A stretch of 64,000 nt of DNA from Kudoa neothunni (taxonomy: Eukaryota; Animalia; Cnidaria): assembly GCA_964304625.1 (NCBI GenBank), contig OZ199839.1:8526560-8590559 (forward strand), given 5' to 3'. The notes beneath the pieces are model-generated. The model had not been told where the DNA came from. It saw only the letters and a list, made by a program, of their open reading frames with translations, and did not search any database. Both the position numbers and the translations under genes were made by a program. This document shows, piece after piece, positions 52,731-64,000 of this stretch (the stretch's first letter is position 1; each line of letters opens with the position of its first letter).

Positions 52731-53711
52731 ATAATACTAGGTCCAAACATTTTTGGATAAATGAGGTATGACTATATAAATAATTATTCTAACTCGTATT
52801 TATTCCATAAAATATATTTGACATAATATAATATCTCATTTCCGCTCAAAAACACCTAAAAGTTAATTAATGACGAAAATGTCATATTATTATTTTCGAC
52901 CGTTTAACTCTTTCTTATAATAAAGTAAATGTCATAATAATAGATTAAATTCATATACTTCCGTTTTTAAGCTATGAAGTCTGTCCATAAAAATTAAGTA
53001 TATAAAAAACGTAGACTAAAGGCTATTTTATGTTATTTATGGGGAAATATACGAGCAAGAATATGGATAATAGGCGGAGTCCAGTTATATGCAATACATA
53101 GGATTTGTTTTGAAGTAATCATTAATTCATGCGCTTTTCGCTGACTCAGGGTTATCACGGTAAAAGGCTTTAAAAAATTATTATAACTTTCTTATTTAAT
53201 TAAACACAAATTATTACACTTACCAATATAGAATATTAATAAAATTATTGCAATCAAATAACTCATTTTATTGCACGTATATCGAGCATTCTAGTAGCTA
53301 TACAAGATAAGTTTTATGTCGTTTTAAGTGTTTTACGATAAGAAATAAATTTTTTTCTTGTTAATCATTCTCCCTATAACACAAGATCCTCAAAACAAAA
53401 TGTTTATAATCATCTAACCATTGCAAATCATCCTTTTAATCCCTGTTTATAAATGAATGGAATATGGAATTTAAATACACATTACTTAAATATCTATATA
53501 TAGTCAATTTTATGGTTTATTTAATGTTTAATACATATATAGCGATGTATCTTCGTATGGTTCAGAACGATTTTAAAGGATAAAATAAAGTTTTATATTA
53601 GGCGAATTATTCCAGTTAGGATTTTATGGCAAAACTTTTCTTTAAAAATATAATAAGATTTTTGTAAATGATTTAAATTGTGATTTTCAAATCTCTCAGT
53701 TGTAACCGATA

Positions 53712-54777
53712 ATGAAGGGTCAAAGTAGAATTACAGAAGTATGGATTTCGGATACTCCGGGAGTCGCTTTGTTTTGGATAGTGATAGTCCTTTTCATATT
53801 GAAACTATTTTTTTGTTCCCAGCTAGTTTATGGCATTCTGAAGCATAAGCAATATTCAAACCCAGTTCAAATATGTAACTTGTGTATGTACATGATGATG
53901 TACTTGATCATAATAATTGTACCTTTGGAAATATATGGCGAATATTTTGACCGTTCCTTTGGTGGGGTTCATATTTGCAAATTTTCTGCATATATTTCTA
54001 ACATATATATGTACACAAACAGTGCCTTAATTAATCTATTATCTGTACTTCGATACTTTGGAATATGCCGAACTGAAATCTATCGTAAAATAAGTTCAAA
54101 ATGGCGAATAATTTTCATATCTGTTATCATTTTGACCAATTTACAGGCCGTTCCTCACATATTGTTGTTCACTGTGTCAGATTATGATAATAAAAAAGTT
54201 AAATATTTTAGTATTCTAATGGTTGACACATTTTAATTAAATCAATTCTAGTTATGCAAAATACCACCGCAAAGATTTCTGGCTCAAAAAATAATATACA
54301 CTCTACATTTCCTTATGGTCTACTGCTTTACAATTCTGATATTGATTATCACTCAGATTGGAATCTATAGACAATACAAACAACTTCGACGGATAAATAT
54401 TTCGAACCAAAATAATGACAAATCTGTTAATCGAGTGCTTTCTTCGGTTATTAAACCATATTTTCAATTCAATTCTATTCAAATGTACCTCATAGGGAGA
54501 TCAGGCACCAAGCAGTAATGTTCCCTCCACTCAAAAAAATACCCATTTGAATAGTGTGCTTCTTTATTTGCTGTTGAATGGGATAATATTTTTTCTGATA
54601 TATTCGCCATATTCATGCATGAAGTTGCTGGATATGTATTCTTATCAAATAAATCCAAATATTCGAAGATACTTTTTTTCACTTTTGATGTGCTATTCGT
54701 TGTTCTATTCATTCTTAAATATTGCTTTTGATGATAAATTACGTGAAACATTGAAAAGGCTCTGGTGTTCAATATAA
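53712..54777 (+). CDS. Divergent rhodopsin-like 7TM receptor, ~320 aa; exons 53712-54197, 54252-54446, 54496-54777
   Basis: More distant paralogue; SVLRYFGICRT, FFLIYSPY, NIAFDDKLR; same two intron positions. Confidence 0.85.
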
Positions 54778-55983
54778 GAAGCTACTCTGAAGGTATGTTT
54801 ACTTTTTATTAAATCTTTGTTTAACATTCTAAAATTCATAAGATTTACTTGGACAAATTGCCCCACATTATTTCCCAGCCTAATCATCGGTTGAATATAT
54901 CAAAAGTAGTTATCTAACCTCATAAATTTGATTTATTCTATAATAATAAATTTATTTGTTTATTATTTTTGCCATCGTTGAATCAAAAACTAAATAGATA
55001 AATAATTTTTAGCTTATTACCTGTTGTTTAGATATGGCTAGGATAAAAAATTTATTTATTTAACGCATTGGTTCTAAACTTTACTTCCTTGCTGACCCTT
55101 AATATGTTCAATGAACTTACTACAGACCGCATTATGAAAAAATTGCCCTCATCCAATTTTTATGTCACTTAATTTATCCTCCGCCATTTAGAATTCCTGC
55201 GTTGGCGGGTTATGAAAATTTTTAAAATTTATAAATGCATGATTAGTCGAAATTATTTTAGTGTAATTGAAAGGATTATTATTTTTTCACTGGTTTTTAG
55301 AGATTCTTCAGAACAAATATTTTTTAATCACAAGTAAATCTTGGAGATTCGTGCTAATTATATCTGTTTTAGCTGTTAAAAGAAACTTTAGAAAAAATTA
55401 AAATATAATATCCAATAGCCAAACAAATATGTACGTGAAGTATATTTTAGGTAATCTTTGATAACTTTTATTCGTAACAAAGCTAATTCATTAATTTAAT
55501 GTACTGCGTTATATACAAATATAATCAATTAAGAATTTCCAATAATATAAATACATATATAATCCTTCTAAAAAATTGATTTGAGATTGTATTGAATTTT
55601 TCGTGAACATACTTTATTCTAAGAAATGAGAAGTGAAAACATTTTAAATCATCATAATCTTTGTTAACACTGAATGTGAGTAATATTTAAACATGGGTGA
55701 AATCGGAGGCTCGATAAATTATCCTTATCCCATGAGGCAAGACATACGGCTTCATATATTCACTTACATGTATATAAAAAATATTTATATAAGAAGATAT
55801 ATAAATTATTATGATAAAAATCGTAAGTATTAATTTTTTTATATTTAAATACAAATTAAAATTGTAGCCCTCCGTCTCAAAAATTAGAATATAATAGATA
55901 AATCGAACGTACACCCTTAATAATATTATAATTAAGTAATAATCTTTCTTTATTTGAAATCCGATACTATAATAATTTAAATA

Positions 55984-58900
55984 ATGAATAAATATTTTCT
56001 TTTGTGGTGGACCACTCAAATCTGGCAATTAATAGTCCAAATGAAAGAACTATTTTACACTGATCAAAATCTATTTCGACTGGGAATAGAAGGCAACCTT
56101 TCGATAGAGGAATATGGGTCATCGTTATTTGGATTCTCAATTCAAAAAATTAGTTCCAATAGGTAAATTTCTTAGACATTAATTAGCTAACGAGTATTTA
56201 AGAATTATAGTTTCGGCACCATTGGCTAAAACCAATACAGACAATTCTATCCGAACAACGGGGAGGGTGTTTGAGTGTACATTTCCATCGGATGTGTCAT
56301 CAAGTCCAATATGTATTTCTAGTATTCCCGAATTAGAGAGTGACTTTAATTTTTGAAAACAGATTACTAACCTTTTTTAGGAGCTTATAGTCAACCTCTT
56401 CATGGAAATATATTATTGGGATTTTCAATAGCCAAATTCACCAATAATAGATATATCGTATTAGTTTCTTTTTAAATATATTAAAATAATCAAAAATAAT
56501 AGATCTGTGCTCCAAACACTCCACCGTATAATAGTTTCTATTACAAACACATAAAGAATTGTCGCATCTATGATATTGAGAAGAAGACGATCGTTGATGC
56601 GATGGAAAAGGGTACACATTGCAGTTGATTAAAAATTTTATTAACTTTATTAATAGAGAACGATTCGTCGTTCGGAAACATTTTATATGCTGATATTAAT
56701 AGAAATTGTTTCATAACGGGTTCTATGGAATTCAACTATAAGTAACGAACACTTATAACATCTTAAAATGTTAATAATTATTTGCAGTAACAATTATATG
56801 ATTCGCACATGTATTACAAAAAATGCTGACGATAAATTAGGTCCACCCATTGAAGGAAGATTTCGATTGCTCGGAATTCGTACTAATATTTTTCCCATAT
56901 CTAAATTATATGATTAATATATAGCTTGGAGGGCAATTGCAGTTGTTAATCACAATGAATCAAGTATTCTTGTTGTTATGGATCTAGAATACATTAAATA
57001 TTAGTTAATTATCTCATACCTCAACCATTCAATATTGAAAACAAGCATTCTGTACGGTTTATTTATAATAGAACAATATAATTAATTTTGTATATTTTTT
57101 CTTACTATTTTTAGGTTTTAAATGTGACCTACAATGGAAATTATTTTGATCAACTTAAATTGATAAACGTATTAGAGAAAGATGAACTATGGGTGTTTAT
57201 TCTATTTAAAAAATTGTAATTTGATAATAAAAAAGAGAAATTCTCACATTGGGCATCAAATAATTCACGTAAATGTGAATCCAAAGTATTTTAAGAAATA
57301 TTAAAGTAACTAAATATACTTAGAACTGATTACTTTATTTATTCGGCACCATATTGGAGATATGGGACTGGTTTGATTGTGAGTAGATCCAATCCAGCTA
57401 CATTTCTCGATAACAGCGCCAGACTTATTGGAATGAAAAAAGGAGACTACTTTGGATATTCGATGAAATTAATGGATAATTTTCACGACAAGTTTGTCAA
57501 ATGTAATTAAATTAAATTATCAATAAATAAAATCACTTCTTTAAAGGTCTCATAGTTTTGGCTCCCTATGGGGGAAATAACAATAAAGGGGAAATCTATG
57601 TGATCCAGTTGAATTCAACAAAAATCGTTAACAAATTTTATATGGTTATATATTATTTTTTCATATGTGAGTTAGAATTTTATAGAAACGCCAAATTAGT
57701 GATTATTTTTCCGACATCAGCGAAGATAATATCGCCTACCAAATATTCAACGATATAGACATCAATCAAGATGGAATAAACGGTTAGCTTTTAAAATTGA
57801 TACAGCTTTTATAGACAATTTTGTAGATATTCTGCTTTCATTTACCACTAGAACAGATTCCATAAGAGGTTTGATGTAATTTTACCTGATAAATCGATAA
57901 AAATATAAAATTTTATTAGCTCAAAAATTCGAATGGTCTTTACTATCAATACGGAAGAAAGTCAATCATACGATCTGCCTGGATCTGGATGTGACATTAA
58001 CAAAAATGGGTTTAACTGGTAAAAATCTAAAATTTGTAACATTAAGTAACCAATTGATCAAGCCATCGGTTAAAATTTACCATCAACACTATGTTTGCGA
58101 CGTCTCTACCACTCAGCGTCAGGAATGTTCAGGAGCAGAGTAATGCCTAAATTAATATTGATCAAGATTAACTTATAGAAAAGTTGCCGATATAAATATT
58201 AAATTTGATTACGATAAAAACGAAAATATCAATCCAGAGTATTTAATGTTTATTGAGAATAACGAATTTACCCCCGATCACAACTCTCAAATAATATTCA
58301 ACCTAAAATCTAATAACGCCCTTTCATTTTCAATATTTTTGGATACGTATGTATCTTGGTATTTCGATTTTAAGAAACATAAGAAGCTCAAATTGCGATT
58401 TACTATTTCAAAACATACCAGTTCTGTGTACAATTCCGGAAAATATTTGGTTTACATTAACACACCCCCTCTAACCAAATCGGTGAATATAACCGATTGT
58501 TCATTAACTAGAAGCGGTTGCGGCAGCAATGTGAAACTGTTGAAAACAGAATCAAATATAAGAAAGTAACTTTGTTTTATACATGGTCAATGAAATTTAA
58601 TTTAAATTTAGTTCGATGGTTCCCGAAACAATGACACAAGGCCAGATCAACTGGGTGGATGTTAGATTTGAATTAGAAAATTATGGGAAACCTTCCCCTC
58701 ATCTAGTGCTATTGGTAAAAAACACCAAAAGTCTCATTCTAATGAATTGTTTATCTTCGAACAAAAACGTAAAATAATTTTGTTTTTAATTTTAATCTCT
58801 TTAAAGTCCATCAAAAGTTGGGATAACTTTCCTGAACCATCGTCAGACGCCAATGTCACCTTCGTAGGAAATATTGAAGGAAAGGTTTGCTATTAACAAT

Positions 58901-60025
58901 AAATAAGATCATGAAATAGTTGTTAGGTGGAAATACTTTGCACTTTTAAGGGTGACATGGATATTAGTGATTACAGAGAAGTGGAAATGTTAAAGTACAT
59001 AAAATTCTAATTTTAATTTAGTTTATTTTAAACTATAGTTACACCTTTTACGATGATAACAATAAAAAGCTTGTTTCTCATTCACCCTTAACGCTTAAGT
59101 GGGGTTTTATTTCTTATTTTCAAACAGAAATGTGAGCATAATTTTTAATTTGTACTGCTGTAAATTAAACGCTCCCCTACCTAGTTTGTTTATACCATCA
59201 AGTGTTGTAATGTTGAAAGGAGAAGTAAGTGAGATGAGAATTATTCAAAAAATTACCGTAATTGTCCGTTGGAAATATTCTATAAACATTTGAAATAAAG
59301 GTTATCAACCATGGCCCTTCCGAATTAACAATGGTGAGTGTAAACGTAACCAAACTCACATACATCGCCCAGAAGAAATACTTAAAAATTAAGAATGTTG
59401 ATGTAATAACATTGGAGATATATTCAAAATAAATAAATTAATTAATTAATTAATTAAAAGTGTGATACCGTTCTATATTGGAAAAATAACACTCTAATTG
59501 ATAATTGCGAAGAAATTGATTGTGTGAATGAAGCTGAAGCCATTAATTGTGTGATCAAAATGCTAAAAAAGATGGATAGTTATACTTTCCACATTTCAAT
59601 GATGATACGAAATGAATCAATGGGTTATTTTGTATTTAGTTGGATATATTTAGACTGCTTGAAATTACGAAAATCGATTATTAAATATTTATAGATGCAT
59701 AATTCCTCAAACGTTGAAATAAAATCGTTAGTGTCCCTTGTCAATGAAACCTACTATTTATTTGGTGAAAATCATGCAGTTAGTACAAATAATCGATACA
59801 AATAAAACTACATTAATAATCTAGGAATCTTTTGTCATGATTTCGAAAAATCGATACAAAATAAAAACATGGATGATTATGGTAGCCATTGTGGTGGCGA
59901 TTGTGGTGGTGCTTTCTGTAATGTTGTCATTGAAATATGTAACCAATAAATTTTGAAAAATATTCATACATGATACATTTACTTAGGCAAAAATCCTAAG
60001 CAGGCTGAAATATAGACCCAACTAA
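55984..60025 (+). CDS. Integrin alpha-like subunit, paralogue 3 (most divergent)
   Basis: YGSSLFGFSIQ..IIVSAPLA..GRVFECTFP; KGDYFGYSM..LAPYGG..GEIYVI; DIDINQDGIND; INHGPS; TM WMIMVAIVVAIVVVLSVMLSL; tail KYAKILSRLKYRPN-TAA; same exon pattern as paralogues 1 and 2. Confidence 0.87.
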
Positions 60026-61290
60026 AACCTCTAAATATTAATAAATTTCTGATATTATATCGGTTCGGTTGTCTCTCTACTTGTGCTCATTCATTATTTA
60101 GTTTATTATTGCTTTGTTTGAAAATATATTTCGCGTATTCCTTCCTTTATATAATAAACTAATTTATTATATAATTTTATATAATCATGTGCTCAATGTT
60201 CATTTAAAATTTAAATAAATATAAGAAAAATGTATATCCATGACATATTTTTTTTATTATTTTCTCTAAAATCATTTTAAAATAAAATAATGATTTTAAT
60301 CTATCTAAAAACCAACTAAAACTAATTTTAATGAGTAATAACACCTGAATATCCATCTAAAATTATGAAGTAGCGCCATTTTAAATAATATAACTTATTT
60401 TTACGAATAATCGTGATATATTCCATAAAAGATTGTTTTAAAAGATAAATTGTGATAATTTAAAAATATTCATGTATATTTGAAAAGTTGAGAAATCAAT
60501 TCACATACGTTATACAAAAATATTGTTGTGTATTATCTAATAAATCGTTATTCTCATTATTTATAATTATATAATATATCTAACTTAGGAAAAAATATAC
60601 ATTAAAATTAAATCTGTTGTATCTAATTTTAAAGCTTCAGCTTTCAATACTTTTAGATATGGAATAGTTTTGAAAGTGAGAAATTGACAAAACAAAGGCG
60701 CGCACGAGAAAAAAATGATCGACGTAAGCGTATTGATTAAACTAGATCAACATTTTCAAACAAGGCATAAAATACAATTTTAATGTATTCTTAATCAGCG
60801 TGAAATTTTTACGTAGTTACGATATATTCTAATAGGATTTTTATTTTATTATTTTTCTCCAACAATTTGATGATAATTGTTGGCAAAAATTTTCGCAATA
60901 TTTTAAATTTTTAAATCGTTATAACTAGTCATTTATAAGTAATATATTATCTTTAGACCACAAAAAATTTAAGAATTGAAATGGTTTATATATTTAATAT
61001 AACAAAATAAATTATATATTCATTACTTAATTTATTGTTGGTTGAATAATAATAAAATAGTTAATATTTATAAAAATTTCATTATTAAATATTATATTAA
61101 TTATTCATATAATTATTATAATTAGTAAGTTTTAATTAATAAGTTTTATATAAGAATATTATCAACTCTCAAATGATCATAAATAAATCTACGTGAAATA
61201 GTTTGTATGATTGATTTTCCCGCGTATTTTATAGGATAATGCTCTAAACATTCTAATTATAACATGTTTAAAATAAATTTTCTTTCTTAA

Positions 61291-61380
61291 GAATGAATGA
61301 ATGAATGAAGCATTAGCATATACGGATCAAAGGATCACGTGATTCGGGTGACGATCGACTTCATCTACGACAATGCGTCC
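61291..61380 (-). repeat. (GAAT)n tract with adjacent GC-richer segment; possible non-LTR retroelement 3' end
   Basis: Reads as a (TTCA)n tail on the minus strand; no RT coding sequence seen. Confidence 0.3.
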
Positions 61381-62614
61381 CAATTCATTTTAAATTCCGC
61401 ACCCATCTACAAATAAAATAAAAAGTGTTTGTTTAATAACGAGGAAATAATTTCAATTAAAATTAAATGAAAAGGAAAACAATTAATTCACTTTAACGAG
61501 ATTACAATGTAATCAAAATAAATAGAACCGATAATAAATTACTTTGACGTTTTTCTAGGCTTTTATGTGAAATAATTAAATTGGAACGAAGCGCTTTATT
61601 AGATAAGGATATAAATAAATCATAATTTGTAAACGAAATAAATATTTAATATATTAGAGCAAAATATGTGATGTGAATTTCGCGCAAGCGCAAACGATGG
61701 CTTTCAGTAATTTTTATTTAATTATAAATTTAAAAGTTAAACGAGGAAAATAAATACATAGAGAAATTTGGAATTTCATGTGTTAGTCTATATAATTTTT
61801 AGGTGCAGATTAATTTAAAATTAAAATATAAAAACTTATAATTACTCAACAAAAACTCTAAAACAAACAATAACAACGCTTATTAAATTTAAATTTTTAC
61901 TTTTATTATAAGTTTCTTCAAGAAACACATAAAAAAATTTTAATAACATAACGTTTTCTAAATTATTTTCTAGTTTAATTACTTTTCCGATTAAAAGATG
62001 AAAATAATAAAATTTTGTACATAAGATCAAAAAACCCTTTAAGTTGGCGAAAACCAACCAGAGTTCGAAAAACAGCAGCAGAAATCATATTAGTTATATC
62101 TTTATATTATTTATCATTTGTTGTTTTATGATTGAAAAGATGAAAATGAATAAATGGAATTTTTTCTTGGCGCTTTAAAAATATGTATATACTGAATTCT
62201 TAACACAATTTTCATATTAATTGATATGGGTTTGAAAACGTCCAAATGTTGGGAACCATTGCGTTAAATAAACTAGTGTACATTCGGTCCCCAAATGAGA
62301 TTGTCATCCTGTTTTCTCAGCCGATATATAATAATTAGAATCCAAGCTTCTTCTATTCTCGTAAAGCACGTTTATCTTTACAGGAATAGATTTATTGGAA
62401 TTTTCATGTGTCATAACAAATTTTATAACAAAAACACCTTTGGAGTATAATTGATGTCCAAATGGACCCCAAGATTGTTTTGATATCTAAAAAATATATT
62501 ATTTTTTAGATTAATCTTTAAATTGAAATTGAATTTAAACCTATTTATATACCAAAATCCAACAAATAAGTTAGAAGTTTGCGCCGCCCATGTGTAAGTT
62601 TATATTGTGTAAGC

Positions 62615-63372
62615 ATGGATTTCGTTTTGAAAAGTAGCGAGGAAAGTACTGACACTAATGAAAATGAAACACCCGACCTAATGTACTTCTGTGAACTATG
62701 AAAATGTTGGAAATCTCGTGTGTGATGAAAATGACGATTCGCTTGTAGACAACAACAGCAATTTATGGGGTGCAATCAAACCAGAGGAAACCAAGGTGGC
62801 GGTAGAAAATAAAATGAATGTTCTTCAAGGTGTGCCTATGTACGCCACACAAAGGATCCTTAGTATTGTAGGATGTTTTCATCATTTCTTCCCAATAGAA
62901 ATAGTAGAACAACTAATTAAATATACAGCTCAGTGCGGTAAGAATCATTATGGAAATATATGAAAAGATTTTGATGTTAATGAAATGCACGGTTTCATTG
63001 ACTAATTATTGTACATGACTATCCATAAGGATAGGCGAGAGCCTATTGTTGAAATGTTTGGTTGTGACAAAGTTAGGAGGATATACAAAGATACTTTTTC
63101 CTTGTGTAGGTACAGATACAGGTAACTAACAAGAGCACTCCACTTTGATAATGTAGAAACTACAGAGGAATACCAGATAAATGATAAATTTTACTCAACT
63201 AGAGAAATATGGGACATTTAGGTTAACATGGAAAAAAAAGTTATAACTATGGAAAAAATTTATGCCATGATGAACAATTTTGTTTCTTCTAGAGGAAATT
63301 GCTCTTTTAGACAATAAATAAAATGTAAGCCAACAAAATATGACTTAAAAGTTTTCCTTTTGGTAGATCCAG
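62615..63372 (+). pseudogene. piggyBac transposase fragment
   Basis: FHHFFPIEIVEQLIKYT, RALHFDN, DEQF, RGNCSFRQ*IKCKPTKYDLKVFLLVDP; related to 19569-20154; truncated. Confidence 0.8.
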
Positions 63373-63428
63373 CATATATACTACGTGATTATGGAGTTAC
63401 TAACGAATTCCAACATCTGCCATTTTAA

Positions 63429-63495
63429 CCTTCTAAGTCACATGAAGATTTACACCCTCCAATTATAATTGGGGTCCAATAGACTCCACGTTTTT
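63429..63495. mobile_element. Left end of a piggyBac-like element related to 50571
   Basis: TTAA|CCTTCTAAGTCAC...TTGGGGTCCAATAGACTCCACGTTTTT parallels 50567-50637. Confidence 0.5.
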
Positions 63496-64000
63496 ATTTG
63501 ATAAAATATTTGATCGATTATATATTCAGTAATTTCATAAATGACGTCGTGCAATGTTGTGTGCGTACGTGCGAAAGATACAGAAATATTTTAACCACAG
63601 CGTATGCGTATGTATTACTTTTGAGATCGCATATTTTCTATAAACATAACTCAAAATTCAGTTCATTTAATAAAATTAATTCTTTATTTAATTTGTACTT
63701 AAATTGATCAAAAACATCCTAATCCTGGCATAGACTATTGCATAAAACAGGAAACATAGATACGCTAGAAATGTTCATTATGGCGGAAACGACACGTAAT
63801 AAATCCATCTAAATATGCCGTAGTTCACCAACATGGAAAAACATCCTGGATTATTTTGTTACCTGAATATTTTCCATACCATCAAAATGTGAAACTCGCA
63901 TTATTTGGAGAAATTTATGTAACGAGAATAAACCACGATATACCTTTCCTTCTTCTAACTCAAATATCTCTTTAACCGATTATTGATTATCCCTGTGATA

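Overview
Very AT-rich eukaryotic (animal) genomic DNA with dense, tiny (~30-60 nt) spliceosomal introns. This pattern suggests a compact parasite genome such as a myxozoan cnidarian, but that is inference only. Every host gene I could reconstruct encodes a cell-surface protein: three divergent integrin-alpha paralogues (83-7562, 11825-16013, 55984-60025), four divergent rhodopsin-like 7TM receptor genes (17291, 44452 and 53712 intact; 41183 a pseudogene), one type-I membrane protein made of ~7 cysteine-rich FN3-like repeats (22750-25656), and one ~1120-aa coiled-coil type-I membrane gene broken by TAA stops (33679-37100, minus). The intergenic DNA is full of DNA transposons: an apparently intact DD34E Tc1/IS630-type element whose transposase has two 39-nt introns, decayed hAT (Buster-like), piggyBac and pogo elements, several MITEs, Helitron ends, and long inverted repeats, including a near-perfect 488-bp pair next to a receptor promoter. 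Several single-base frameshifts in homopolymers look like assembly errors. No rRNA, tRNA or CRISPR was seen. Exon structures and mismatch counts were worked out by eye.
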